The notes beneath the pieces were generated by a model, which worked only from the letters and a program-made list of their open reading frames with translations, made no database searches and had not been told where the DNA came from. This document shows positions 39,752-49,582 of a stretch of 64,000 nt of DNA, piece by piece. Source of the stretch: a virus; the IMG/VR virus record IMGVR_UViG_3300049215_000496, positions 25,082 to 89,081 of that record; one strand, written 5' to 3'. Position 1 is the stretch's first letter; each line of letters starts with the position of its first letter. The position numbers were made by a program, and so were the translations under genes.

Positions 39752-40507
39752 TCATTCCTCCAAGAAAAGACGTTTGGTGTCACTTCCGAACGATATCCCC
39801 CCATCCAACCCTGCTGTACTGCACGCGTGCATGAACCGTGTCGCCACGGTCCGATAGTGATCGAGTGTGATTCGACCACGCATGAGTTGATACCGAAAAA
39901 ACAGGAACGTCGTGCGCGCAACATCGACTAGGCAGTACGATTCGATTTTCTGTGCCTGCCCAGCCGCGAACATCCCCGCGACCTTTGATCCATCCATCCC
40001 ACCCTTCCCCGGCAATCCGATGATCTGTGAGAACTGATCGAGAGAAAACCCTGCGCGCCCGACGAGCCCGTACTCCGTGAGCTGATCGAACAGATCAAGA
40101 TGGTCGTCCTTGTACCGGTTCCGAAACCCCCCTCCGTACCATCCCTGCGCAACGCCGTGCCTCAACGCGCGCAGAGACAGCACGGGCATGTCGAACGATC
40201 GCCCGTTGAATGATACGAGCGTGGCCCGGTTCTGATCGGCGAACGCGTTCCAAGCGACGAGTAGAGCGCGTTCATCCTCCCCGAACGTGGTGGTCCCTGC
40301 CACGCCCATGTTGACCACATCCAGCTCTTCGTTGAGCAGCACGTAGCCGATCGCGACAGGTCTGTGGGCGAAATGAGGAGGGAACTCGTCTTTCTTTGCC
40401 CGCGGTTTTCGTTTCGGCGCAATATCCGTTGGCGGCGAAGTCGCGGGGGCTGTCCACAGCGCTGGATCCGGCACCGTCTCAATGTCGAACACGAGAAACG
40501 ACATCAC
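39752..40507 (-). CDS. stand-alone PolB-type 3'-5' exonuclease
   Basis: FDIETVPD, SFNGRSFDMP, GLPGK, YCLVDV. Confidence 0.88.
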   Translation of the reverse strand: MMSFLVFDIETVPDPALWTAPATSPPTDIAPKRKPRAKKDEFPPHFAHRPVAIGYVLLNEELDVVNMGVAGTTTFGEDERALLVAWNAFADQNRATLVSFNGRSFDMPVLSLRALRHGVAQGWYGGGFRNRYKDDHLDLFDQLTEYGLVGRAGFSLDQFSQIIGLPGKGGMDGSKVAGMFAAGQAQKIESYCLVDVARTTFLFFRYQLMRGRITLDHYRTVATRFMHACSTAGLDGGISFGSDTKRLFLEE

Positions 40508-40791
40508 AGCCCTCGTGTGATACCGGGTTGCTTCATCGTATCGGGATTGCTGTGCGCAAATGCTTCAAAGCGTGCGATTAGTTCATCGACTTGCTTGAGC
40601 TGAAAATCGTTGCATCCGTCACCGATACACAGTGCGCGATAGTTTCGCAGCATCGGCAGCGCGAGACGATCACGTGCGCGGAACAAGATCAACGGCTCTT
40701 CGTCTGGAATGACGACGCCATTTCCTGTCTTGACGATCTGTCCTTGATCGTCGACATGGTGCTTAAGGTCTATCTTACGAAGAATGGCCAT
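40504..40791 (-). CDS. conserved phage hypothetical protein
   Basis: IPDEEPLILFRARDRLA…Y pattern; SD GGAG. Confidence 0.65.
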   Translation of the reverse strand: MAILRKIDLKHHVDDQGQIVKTGNGVVIPDEEPLILFRARDRLALPMLRNYRALCIGDGCNDFQLKQVDELIARFEAFAHSNPDTMKQPGITRGL

Positions 40792-40888
40792 TGAGATCTC
40801 CTTTCAAGTGCTCCGGAGCGGTCAGGGAGACTTCCTCTCGGACGTCGCTGTACGCTCTTTCCCTGCCCGCTCCGGAAGCTCGAAAAAC

Positions 40889-41821
40889 CTACGACCCTGC
40901 TCCCGGAGCAGGCGGAAACGGGAACGCCGGTGCGCCTCCCGGTTGCGGTGCAACTGCCGCGGGAGGCGGCGGGAACGTAAACGCTTGTGCCGGTGCAGCA
41001 GCTTGCGGAACTGGCGGAAACTGGAACGACGCCGCCGGAACGGGAAGGCCCCCGTTGGGTGCTGCGGGAGCAAACGCGAATCCTTGCTGTGGTGCCATCG
41101 TCGGCGGTAGCGTTGATGGCACGGACGGCGCGGCTTGCTGCATCGGAGCTGCCGAAGCGGGTGCCGGAACTGCGCCAGCGAACGGCGATGCGGGCGCACC
41201 GGGCAAGCCCATTCCGCTCATTCCAGGAAACGACGACGGCAGACCTGCGGGGAGCGCACCGACAGCGCCAGCACCCGCACCGCCTTTGACCTTGGCCGGC
41301 CAACGGTGCTTCTTCGCAACAACTGCCTGATCATACTCCGTCTTGGTCACGAACGCATCGACGCCAGTGCGTTGCGCCCCGCTGCTATCGAGGTACGCGC
41401 CCGTGCGTCCGTAGCAGATCTGATTCGTGAACATCCCTGTCGTGTAACGCAAACCCGCACGCGCTACGTCGAGCCCTCCGGTGATCGAGCGGATCAGCCC
41501 ACGCCACGTGAACCAGATATCTTTGGTGGTTGTTCGCGGGTCGGACAGGAACTTCGAGAGCATCTTGCCCCGCGCGTCCTCGTCCACGATCTCCAAATTC
41601 AGGAATACGCCAGCAGCCTTTCCTGAATCGTGCCGAGAGGACTCCTTGGTGATCCGCATCGCATAGTATCCGTCGGTGTCGAGCGTGTCTGTTGTGTCGA
41701 ACGGCTCCCAGCTTGCGTCAGGCGGGATATCGAGCACAAATCCTGTCCCGGAAGGCTGTGCTGCTTGTGGTTGCTGCGCGCCCGGTACCGCGCCCATTCC
41801 GGGAAATGCTCCAAATGACAT
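40889..41821 (-). CDS. putative ssDNA-binding protein (DUF669-like) with Pro/Ala tail
   Basis: DGYYAMRI…FLNLEIVD beta pattern; next to Sak4-like and nuclease genes. Confidence 0.6.
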   Translation of the reverse strand: MSFGAFPGMGAVPGAQQPQAAQPSGTGFVLDIPPDASWEPFDTTDTLDTDGYYAMRITKESSRHDSGKAAGVFLNLEIVDEDARGKMLSKFLSDPRTTTKDIWFTWRGLIRSITGGLDVARAGLRYTTGMFTNQICYGRTGAYLDSSGAQRTGVDAFVTKTEYDQAVVAKKHRWPAKVKGGAGAGAVGALPAGLPSSFPGMSGMGLPGAPASPFAGAVPAPASAAPMQQAAPSVPSTLPPTMAPQQGFAFAPAAPNGGLPVPAASFQFPPVPQAAAPAQAFTFPPPPAAVAPQPGGAPAFPFPPAPGAGS

Positions 41822-41861
41822 AACTAGCTCCTGTTGTTTGTTGGTTTACGGAAGACGAAAT

Positions 41862-42644
41862 TCAAAGCCCCGGATACGGCGGGGTCCGCGATCTAAGAAA
41901 CGCCCCGAGATCCGCAGGCACAACCATCTGATTGCATCCCTCGCGGTTCTTCACCCGCCACGAGCGAACATCCTGCGGCATCCCGAACGTACCGAGAGAC
42001 TCCGGCCAGATCTCCCCGCCGGTGTAGTACACCCGCATCGGCGCGCGCCCTGGAATTGTCAGCCAATCGACACGTAAGACCGAATCCAGCAACCCGAAAT
42101 AGTTGTCCGTCATGGTCTTCGGGACCATCGCCGGACCGCCCGCGTAGAACACGCCGTCGAGCACCGCGGGGGGCGCCGAATGCGCGATGAACACACTGTG
42201 CAAGCCGATCTGGCGGATCCACTCGCGCAAGTTGTACAGCACCGCACGCATCTCCGTCGGGATCGCGAACTTGTTCCGGTTGCCCGCGAAGCGCGCTTCA
42301 AGTTCCTTGTACACGTAGTTGCAGAACGTGCTGAAGCCGTCGATCACACCCGCAACGTACTTGTCGCGGTTCTGCGCGAGCCATGCGATTGTCTCTGTCA
42401 TTTGAGTCCACGTTTTCACTGTGTCGCGTGGATGATCCGGAATTGGATAGCCCCGTGCTGCAATCGATTTGAGAGCACCGTCTTCGCACGGAATGAAAAA
42501 CGCACGACAGCGACCGTCCTTGAAGAAAGCCTCGTATGAGTCTGTCGTCTTTTTCATGCCGGGACCGCCATACAGTAAGACGTTGGCCGGCGTAGAGACG
42601 ACGTTTGCTTGGGCTTGTGCACCTGTGACGATCTCGATGCTCAC
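41862..42644 (-). CDS. Sak4-like AAA_24 phage ATPase
   Basis: LLYGGPGMKKT, VIDGFS, VFIAH. Confidence 0.75.
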   Translation of the reverse strand: MSIEIVTGAQAQANVVSTPANVLLYGGPGMKKTTDSYEAFFKDGRCRAFFIPCEDGALKSIAARGYPIPDHPRDTVKTWTQMTETIAWLAQNRDKYVAGVIDGFSTFCNYVYKELEARFAGNRNKFAIPTEMRAVLYNLREWIRQIGLHSVFIAHSAPPAVLDGVFYAGGPAMVPKTMTDNYFGLLDSVLRVDWLTIPGRAPMRVYYTGGEIWPESLGTFGMPQDVRSWRVKNREGCNQMVVPADLGAFLRSRTPPYPGL

Positions 42645-42871
42645 GATTTCATATTCCGTGTTGCAAGCAAATCTGTGAGCAGCTCTTCAAGCCAAGGCAT
42701 CACAACCTGAAGTTTTTCGTCTCGTGAAGATTTCCAGGTGATCGAAGATAGCGCTTGCAGTTGTTCTTCCAGGCACCATCTTTTATCATCAAAGAACTTT
42801 TTAAGCTGGGCCGCACGGTTCTCACGTGCGACGAAAGCCATAGAACCCAGCTTCAATTGTTTGACAGGCAT
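42641..42871 (-). CDS. hypothetical protein
   Basis: Coupled ORF. Confidence 0.5.
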   Translation of the reverse strand: MPVKQLKLGSMAFVARENRAAQLKKFFDDKRWCLEEQLQALSSITWKSSRDEKLQVVMPWLEELLTDLLATRNMKS

Positions 42872-43065
42872 TGAAGTGTCGTGCCGTCACTTGTGCTTTG
42901 AAGAATTTCAGCCAACACCCGCCGTGCTTGAGCGCTCTGCCCTTGCACGAGATCGTGTAGCATCTCTGGCGAGACACCAACGGACAGGGCCATCTCGACC
43001 GCCATCCGGAACAACACCACGACTTCGTCTTCGTGGGGCGCCTTCGGTTTTCCTGTTTCGGCCAT
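42853..43065 (-). CDS. hypothetical protein
   Basis: SD GGGAG before ATG 43065. Confidence 0.5.
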   Translation of the reverse strand: MAETGKPKAPHEDEVVVLFRMAVEMALSVGVSPEMLHDLVQGQSAQARRVLAEILQSTSDGTTLQCLSNN

Positions 43066-43067
43066 AA

Positions 43068-43922
43068 TCAATACTCCCTTCGTCTGTATTCGACCAACCG
43101 AGACGTTCCGTCCTCGCACAGCGGCTTGAACTCGCACGCTCCGTACGGTGTGTAACAAGCATTCGTGTTGCGCGGCCGGATCATCGGGTCCGGAAACGCC
43201 TTTTTCACAGCCGCCCGCTGCGCTAGATAATACGCTGTGTCCTTCGCGAAGTGGTTGTACGCCTCAACAGATACAGGCACCGCGAAGCGCCCGAACGTCG
43301 GAGGTGACAACGGTGTTGGCTTGCCCCCACGGGTGATGCCGTTGATGTACACGCGCTTGATGTCGTAACCGTTCGCTCGCGCCAGAATGAGATTCGTGAG
43401 CATTTGGCGATCCATTGACAGAGAACTCCCCGTCGAACGCGGGAGCGTCCCTTTGATCTTGTGATCGGCCAGAATCAGATCGCCGTACTCCATCGCGATC
43501 AAATCTGTGCGGCACGTGAAAAAATCTTCCCCGAGCTGCCACTGGAACTGATGCTCGACGAGAACAGGAACCCACGAATCGTTCTGATACTGATGTGCGT
43601 ACCACGCGAAGATTCCTTTACAGAGATCTGTCAGGTCTTGCCGAGAGATCGCCGTCGAAAGCTTGTCGATAGCGTCGTACGGATCGGCGTAGACCACCCA
43701 CGCTGGTCGGGTTGGAAGCTTCGCGGCGTAGTGGTACGCGAGCGCCGCGTGCACGAGAGACCCGATCGGCAACGCGTCTTTCTCGACGAGCGGGGTGAGC
43801 TTGGCTTCGTAGTTGAAACCTTCTAGCTGCGGACACGAACTGAACGCATTGAGCCGGTAAGGCCCCGCACCACGGACATTCTTGTCTCCGGGCCAGATCG
43901 GAACGTGCGGAAGACTGCTCAT
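43068..43922 (-). CDS. Cas4-like PD-(D/E)XK exonuclease
   Basis: CPQ, GSLVH, VE, RTD, DHK and C-terminal C…C…C. Confidence 0.8.
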   Translation of the reverse strand: MSSLPHVPIWPGDKNVRGAGPYRLNAFSSCPQLEGFNYEAKLTPLVEKDALPIGSLVHAALAYHYAAKLPTRPAWVVYADPYDAIDKLSTAISRQDLTDLCKGIFAWYAHQYQNDSWVPVLVEHQFQWQLGEDFFTCRTDLIAMEYGDLILADHKIKGTLPRSTGSSLSMDRQMLTNLILARANGYDIKRVYINGITRGGKPTPLSPPTFGRFAVPVSVEAYNHFAKDTAYYLAQRAAVKKAFPDPMIRPRNTNACYTPYGACEFKPLCEDGTSRLVEYRRREY

Positions 43923-44503
43923 GGATCGTGGCCTTCCGCTGCGCGAACAGCCTGATCCGCATACTCTTCTTTTTCTTGCTCAATCCATACCGCGCACGTC
44001 TTCAAGTGCTCTACGCTCTCGTCGATGTCGTCCTTCGCGCGATGCGCTTCTGCTTTCGGGATCTTTTCCATTCCCAAGGTCTGGCAGAACAGCTTCACGG
44101 CGCTCACGTCAAGATAGCGGTGTGAAAATAAATTCGCCAAATCTGGCATGTGCACCTTCAAGAAAGCGTGATCGAAGTGCACGCTTGAACCCGCCAGTAT
44201 TGGCCGAGACTCATAATCATCCCCTGGCAGAATCAACTTGAGCAGTTCTTGTTCGACACCAGCAACTGAATTCCGACTTTCAAGGCACTCTGAAAGCAAG
44301 CCGCTTTTGGTGTGCATATCTCGGATGAACGGTGCCCATTCATTGATGTCGAAGCACGGCAGAACAGCATGATACACATGCTCTATGTCAAACAAGCTGA
44401 TCTGTTTTGCTACGGCGATTTCAAGAATCTGATCGCGTGCTGGCAGCAGGCCAGTGGTCTCGATATCCAACCAGTAGATTACAGGCTCATGCATCGCCGC
44501 CAC
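43919..44503 (-). CDS. orn: oligoribonuclease-like DEDDh exonuclease
   Basis: WLDIETTGL, MHTKSGL, LAGSSVHFD, HRYLDVS, HRAKDDIDES. Confidence 0.88.
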   Translation of the reverse strand: MAAMHEPVIYWLDIETTGLLPARDQILEIAVAKQISLFDIEHVYHAVLPCFDINEWAPFIRDMHTKSGLLSECLESRNSVAGVEQELLKLILPGDDYESRPILAGSSVHFDHAFLKVHMPDLANLFSHRYLDVSAVKLFCQTLGMEKIPKAEAHRAKDDIDESVEHLKTCAVWIEQEKEEYADQAVRAAEGHDP

Positions 44504-46169
44504 CTTTCATCGACTTCAATTTCGCGAACAGATCGTCGACGATCGACTCATCTGTCCGGCCACCCAATAACACCTTCATATCGTTGTTGTCGCTTTCCAT
44601 TCCCATCGCTTGTTCGATCGTCGACAACTTCGAGATCACACTCTCTGCGACGTGCTCATCCAGCGTACCTGTACCGATCAAATACCGGACCAGCAACCGC
44701 GTGGTCCCTCCGATTCGGTGTGCACGCTTCTCGAACTGCACGAGCTTCCACGGCTCTGGTACGAGATCACCGAACAGCATCAGATCTGCCCCGACCAATG
44801 AAATCGCCAGACCGACCGAATCGATCGTCGCCACGAAACACGCCGGGGCTTGAACCTCACGAAAGACTTTCGCCTGCGCGTCCCGCCCATCAGGGGACAG
44901 ATCACCGTGCACGCACGCCACAGGGCAATCGACCGCGGCTTTGATCGCTTTGGCAACAGCTTCACACTGTTCCCGCATGTAGAGCCCGACGATCACCTTT
45001 TGCTTGGATTGAAGTGCTTCAACCGCCTGCTGGACCACGGCCGAACGTTTGGCTTTGGCCGTGATCCGTAGTGCCTTCCCTACAAAACCGGACTTCGACA
45101 GCGCCTCGTGCCCTTCGTGCACCGTCGGAGCCGACACAGTCACATCGATTCGATAAATTTCCCGGCGCTTCTCGGGCAGCTCCAGCTTGACAGATTCGGC
45201 AGTGCGCCCGAGGCAGAAGAATGTGAGCCGTCGTCCCAACTCATCCAACCGCGTGCCCCCGGTGTCCTTCCAACCGTATTGCGCCTGCTGCCCGTCGCAG
45301 TAGGCCCGCGCCCACGTGTAGTAGTCCCCGAACAGACCACCAGAAACCAGATCGATCAGCGCCCACAGATCGCGGATGTAGTTCGGAATCGGTGTGCCCG
45401 TGAGCCCCCACACGACCGGAACACGCCGGCAGACCTGCTTCGCCGCTTTCGTGCGCTGCGACTTTCGCCCGCGCAGCAGATGCGCTTCGTCGGCAATCAC
45501 AATCAAAAACTGATCGGTAAGCGTTGAACACCAACCAGGCAGCGTGTCAACCGCGTGCACGACGCCCGCTGCATCCCGTTTGTGTGCTCCGTGCAGAATG
45601 TCATAATTCGCGATCACGTAGCGCGTTTGCGGAATCGGACCGGGGGTCAGCGTCGCGAGAACCTCCGCGTCGTGCCCCGTCCACTTTTTGACTTCGCGCT
45701 GCCAGTGGCGTTTCGCCAGCGCAGGAGAAAGAACTAACACGACAGGTGTGGTGTGCGATGGAATCGAAGCAAGGGACAGACGCGCTTCAGCGGCGATCAG
45801 TGATTGAGCGGTCTTGCCCACGCCGGGCTGATCTGTGAGCAACGCGTAGTCACGCTCCGCCAAGAACGCCGCTCCATCGTGCTGGTAGTGCCACAACCCG
45901 ACGTGTTTTGCGTACTCGATCGCGTGCTCACGGGCCCCCGGTACGCCTGGCCACATCGGAGGCGCGCTCACAGGTGCCCCCAATACCGCTTGCACCAGCC
46001 ATGCAGCGTCTACAGCACACTGTGTTTCTCCTCTGCGGATGTCCGATCCAGGTGCATGGAAATCGTCCATCGCACCGTTGAACACATAGTTTCGTGTTCC
46101 GCGCGCATGGATGCTCGGCTGGAGCATCGCACGCGAGGGCAAACGGAATGGCACGGCCGAGGTCGTCAT
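44487..46169 (-). CDS. SNF2-family helicase
   Basis: DQPGVGKT, ADEAH, LTGTP, QFEKRAHRIG. Confidence 0.88.
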   Translation of the reverse strand: MTTSAVPFRLPSRAMLQPSIHARGTRNYVFNGAMDDFHAPGSDIRRGETQCAVDAAWLVQAVLGAPVSAPPMWPGVPGAREHAIEYAKHVGLWHYQHDGAAFLAERDYALLTDQPGVGKTAQSLIAAEARLSLASIPSHTTPVVLVLSPALAKRHWQREVKKWTGHDAEVLATLTPGPIPQTRYVIANYDILHGAHKRDAAGVVHAVDTLPGWCSTLTDQFLIVIADEAHLLRGRKSQRTKAAKQVCRRVPVVWGLTGTPIPNYIRDLWALIDLVSGGLFGDYYTWARAYCDGQQAQYGWKDTGGTRLDELGRRLTFFCLGRTAESVKLELPEKRREIYRIDVTVSAPTVHEGHEALSKSGFVGKALRITAKAKRSAVVQQAVEALQSKQKVIVGLYMREQCEAVAKAIKAAVDCPVACVHGDLSPDGRDAQAKVFREVQAPACFVATIDSVGLAISLVGADLMLFGDLVPEPWKLVQFEKRAHRIGGTTRLLVRYLIGTGTLDEHVAESVISKLSTIEQAMGMESDNNDMKVLLGGRTDESIVDDLFAKLKSMKGGGDA

Positions 46170-46297
46170 GGAGCGTACGCCGCCCTTTTTACGCGTGTCT
46201 CAAAACGCCGTCAACAAATTTTTTCTTGTTTGACGAGTATTCTGTCTCATCAAAATGTTGACGCGCATGTGTAGAATCTGTTACACCCGATCGCCCC

Positions 46298-47554
46298 GTG
46301 TTACCCGATCGGATCAGCCAAGCACTTCCCCAAGGCTACGGCTTCTTGAGGAGCTATGTGGAGTATGCCGCTCAATGCTCCGACGCGCCGGAGATCTACC
46401 ACGTCGGTGTGGCTCTCACGATCTTCTCTGGCGCTGTCGCAAAAAAGCTCACATGTCCTTGGATGGCTGGCCGCACGCTGGTGCCCAATCTGTACACACT
46501 GCTCGTCGGACCTTCGCGTTCTGCCCGCAAAACTGGGTCGATGGACACAGGAATCGATATCATCCGGATGGCGAACAACGATCTAGTCATTCCAATCCCT
46601 GGATCGTACGAAGAGATGATCTCGCAGATCCGCGCTACACCGCACGGATTGTTGACATACCGAGAGTTCGGGCACTTCTTGAAAACCACACAACGTGGAT
46701 ACGGGGAGCCGATTCGCACGGTGTTGATGGACCTGTACGACTGGCCTCCAGACCGCGCCTATACTCGTAACCTGAAGAAAGTTAAGACTGTGGTCGAAGC
46801 ACCAATATGCCTGTCGATGCTGAGCAGCATAGCGACCGATCTGCTTTACGCATTCACCGATACGGAAGAGTGGACCGGCGGGTTCTTCGGTCGAATGCTG
46901 CTGCTCTATGGCGAGCGTGAGAGTTTTCGAATGCCAACGACGTGGATCTCGGCGCGAGATTACCTTGTTGGAATGCTCCATCAGCACTACCATTACCCGT
47001 TTCCACAGTGCGGCGGGTTCTCCCCCGCGGCATGGCAACAATTCGAGAGTTGGTCGCAGTGGCGTGACTCAAAAGCCAACGAAGCTCCAGCACGAATGCA
47101 AACGCACATCGCGGGCGCGACAACACTTGCCGCTAAGGTTGCGTTGCTCTACGCCGCGGACGCTGCCGAAGTCATGGCGGGAAACGGATGGCTGATCACG
47201 CTTGAATCCATGACACGCGCGATCTTGTTCATCGAGAACCTGTACCTGCCGAGCGTGATGCATCTTGGGGAGCGCCTGGCGCTTGGGATTTGGGAGCGGG
47301 ACCGCCAACGCGTGCTCGACGCCGTGGAGTCCGGCGGGCACCTAGGAATATCCCGAAAGGCACTGCTCCTACGCGTGAAAATGGAGTCGACGTTCTTAGA
47401 GTCGATCATCAACACGCTTCGCGAAGAGGGATCGATTTCGCAGATCAACGACTCGCGCGGGTTGGCCTATCGACGATCACGCCCGAGCGAAGGTAGTGGT
47501 TTGGTGGGCAGCGGACCGATAGCGAACGTCATTCCGATTCGCGGGACGCCGTAA
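46298..47554 (+). CDS. DUF3987/YfjI-type replicative helicase-like ATPase with C-terminal wHTH
   Basis: PNLYTLLVGPSRSARKT, EFG, LMDLYD, GGFFGR. Confidence 0.75.
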   Translation: MLPDRISQALPQGYGFLRSYVEYAAQCSDAPEIYHVGVALTIFSGAVAKKLTCPWMAGRTLVPNLYTLLVGPSRSARKTGSMDTGIDIIRMANNDLVIPIPGSYEEMISQIRATPHGLLTYREFGHFLKTTQRGYGEPIRTVLMDLYDWPPDRAYTRNLKKVKTVVEAPICLSMLSSIATDLLYAFTDTEEWTGGFFGRMLLLYGERESFRMPTTWISARDYLVGMLHQHYHYPFPQCGGFSPAAWQQFESWSQWRDSKANEAPARMQTHIAGATTLAAKVALLYAADAAEVMAGNGWLITLESMTRAILFIENLYLPSVMHLGERLALGIWERDRQRVLDAVESGGHLGISRKALLLRVKMESTFLESIINTLREEGSISQINDSRGLAYRRSRPSEGSGLVGSGPIANVIPIRGTP

Positions 47555-47818
47555 TCACGTCTCCCATCCGGTGTCCGCTTCAGATGATGCCGACAACTGT
47601 GCTTGCAAGATTGCATTCTCTTTTTGCAGCTGTTCAACGTTGTCCGGCAGCCCGTACCATTCAAACACTTTTGCTTTAAGTGCGTCTTTAGCGCCGGGAG
47701 ACGCCACGAGCTTCGGCGAATGTGTGCTCGGATCGTGCAGTACGATGACAAGATTTCGAATGCCTAATCGCGTAGCCAATTGGGAGCATTGCAATACGAA
47801 CTGTTCGACAGCAGTCAT
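47555..47818 (-). CDS. hypothetical protein
   Basis: ORF track; SD AGGTG. Confidence 0.55.
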   Translation of the reverse strand: MTAVEQFVLQCSQLATRLGIRNLVIVLHDPSTHSPKLVASPGAKDALKAKVFEWYGLPDNVEQLQKENAILQAQLSASSEADTGWET

Positions 47819-47823
47819 GTGGT

Positions 47824-48045
47824 TTAGTTCACCTGATTCGCTTTAAACACCCACGACAGAGCCGCCCGAGTTGCGGCTTCACCTTCGGTTGAAGACATCT
47901 TCATAACGTTGCGTCCGCCCTCGTTGAACCCGTAGATAGCCACAAGGGCTATGCCGCGGTCCTTAGCGGCTTTCAAAAGTGAGCGCATGAAAATGTCAAC
48001 AGGCACGTCGTCGTTTTTAGGCGGCATTTGCTGGGAGCATATCAC
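47824..48045 (-). CDS. hypothetical protein
   Basis: ORF track. Confidence 0.5.
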   Translation of the reverse strand: MICSQQMPPKNDDVPVDIFMRSLLKAAKDRGIALVAIYGFNEGGRNVMKMSSTEGEAATRAALSWVFKANQVN

Positions 48046-48073
48046 AAGAGGGTTCTGGTTGGGGAAGGACCAC

Positions 48074-48174
48074 GTTGGAGAATCTTGCCCTCTCCACAGG
48101 GGTTGGCGCCATGATCACAGTGCCGGCTGATTTCATCGGCTACAAATGGTTGGAGAATCTTGCCCTCTCCACAG
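48074..48174. repeat. two identical 26-bp direct repeats with internal palindrome, 49-bp spacer
   Basis: GTTGGAGAATCTTGCCCTCTCCACAG at 48074-48099 and 48149-48174 (TGGAGA…TCTCCA). Confidence 0.9.
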
Positions 48175-48191
48175 AGTTTGCGACGCGCCAC

Positions 48192-48527
48192 CTACGTTTC
48201 ATTGATTGCATTTATTTGTCCTTTTCCACATACAAGCGTTATCTCATCACCGTCGTGAATGTTTAAACTTTTTTCGTTGGCATAACCACGCCATTTCTCT
48301 TGCCCACGTCGCAGTTCCCACTCTTTTAACCGCAACGAACGTGCAAGATCTGTTTGAGCGATGTCATCAAAAAGTGCCTCACATGTCCATGGCGTTCCGC
48401 TAGCAGTTTTCAGTTCGGCATCGAAACGCTTTGTTTCTGTGTCGTCGTTTAGACGAATATTGTGGTTGCCTATTTTGAACCTGAGCTGTTGCGCATCGCT
48501 ACGTTTGAGTGTGATTCTGAGTTTCAT
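48192..48527 (-). CDS. hypothetical protein
   Basis: ATGA coupling to upstream gene. Confidence 0.55.
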   Translation of the reverse strand: MKLRITLKRSDAQQLRFKIGNHNIRLNDDTETKRFDAELKTASGTPWTCEALFDDIAQTDLARSLRLKEWELRRGQEKWRGYANEKSLNIHDGDEITLVCGKGQINAINET

Positions 48528-49528
48528 GTGCTCACCGTTTGTTCTGTCGGCGCATCTTCTGCAGGCAATTCTGTCGGTTCTGTCGATGCACGCTCTGTCA
48601 CTTCGAGATGCGACGCCGCCCACAACAACTCTGTGACAACAGACTGCACGCTCAATGCAATGTCGTCAAAATGCGCGCTGCCCAACACACTTCGTTCGAT
48701 CACGAGCACGTCTGCACCTTCTTTCAATCGCGCATCGAACGCTGCGAGATCATCCGTCACGCTTCCCCGCAACGAAGACAGCGCACTTGCCAAGGCGCCC
48801 CGCGGCACGAGCGCGACGATCCGGCCCGTTTCAACCGGTGGCGGGGCGCTGTCAGCCTTCCAATCGCGCGGGGGCTCGCCGAATAACGGGGTCTCGGACG
48901 GCACAAGATGCAGGTTGCGGTGCCCCCACGCTGCCTCAAATGCGCTGGCCAAGGCCTCTAGCAGCTCGCTGGTAAGCTCGATCGGCGTGCAGTCGACACA
49001 TGGGTCCTTGTGGGCAGGACACGCAGCACGCGGCACGTGGAGTGTCCAGGACGCGCACGGGAACCACCCGAACGTTGCAGGTGTGGCGCTGATCACGGTT
49101 TTGGTCTCGGTGTCTAGCCGCAGCTCGGGCATGCTCGTGATCCGCGGGATGGTCTTGCCCTCGTACGGGGGCACCACGGAGCCGACACGTAACCACGCGA
49201 TGCCGTCCCGCACATCGGCGTGCTTAAAAGCCCGGATCACCGGCTGAACGCGGGCGTAGTACGATTCGGTTTGCCAGCGCAGGTACGCGTTCGCGGCCGT
49301 ACGCTCCGTGTTGTGCACGAGCAGCTCCGGCTTGAACAGGCGCCCTTGACGTTTCAGCCGGGCCGCGAGTTTCACGTACACGCTGGTCACGGCCGGCGAG
49401 ATGTTGCCTCTGCCCAAAAGGTCCTGAGCGAACGCGCGGGCCTCTGGGAAGGTGTCCAGCAAGCTCGCGTGGAAGGTGAACGTCAACCCGTTCACGGTGA
49501 TACTCGTAGGATTTTTATATCTCGGCAT
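48524..49528 (-). CDS. hypothetical protein, possibly a degenerate tyrosine-recombinase fold
   Basis: DVRDGIAWLRVGSV…IELTSELLEAL…PLF loosely resembles recombinase boxes; HxxR/Y not seen. Confidence 0.55.
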   Translation of the reverse strand: MPRYKNPTSITVNGLTFTFHASLLDTFPEARAFAQDLLGRGNISPAVTSVYVKLAARLKRQGRLFKPELLVHNTERTAANAYLRWQTESYYARVQPVIRAFKHADVRDGIAWLRVGSVVPPYEGKTIPRITSMPELRLDTETKTVISATPATFGWFPCASWTLHVPRAACPAHKDPCVDCTPIELTSELLEALASAFEAAWGHRNLHLVPSETPLFGEPPRDWKADSAPPPVETGRIVALVPRGALASALSSLRGSVTDDLAAFDARLKEGADVLVIERSVLGSAHFDDIALSVQSVVTELLWAASHLEVTERASTEPTELPAEDAPTEQTVST

Positions 49529-49582
49529 GATGGACGGGCAGTGTACGCGAAATTGAATTTAGTGTCCATACTATTAATTTTA

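Noticed and set aside
48074-48174. CRISPR array
   Set aside because: Only two repeats, a long spacer and no cas genes; the Cas4-like gene belongs to the recombination module. Kept only as a repeat.
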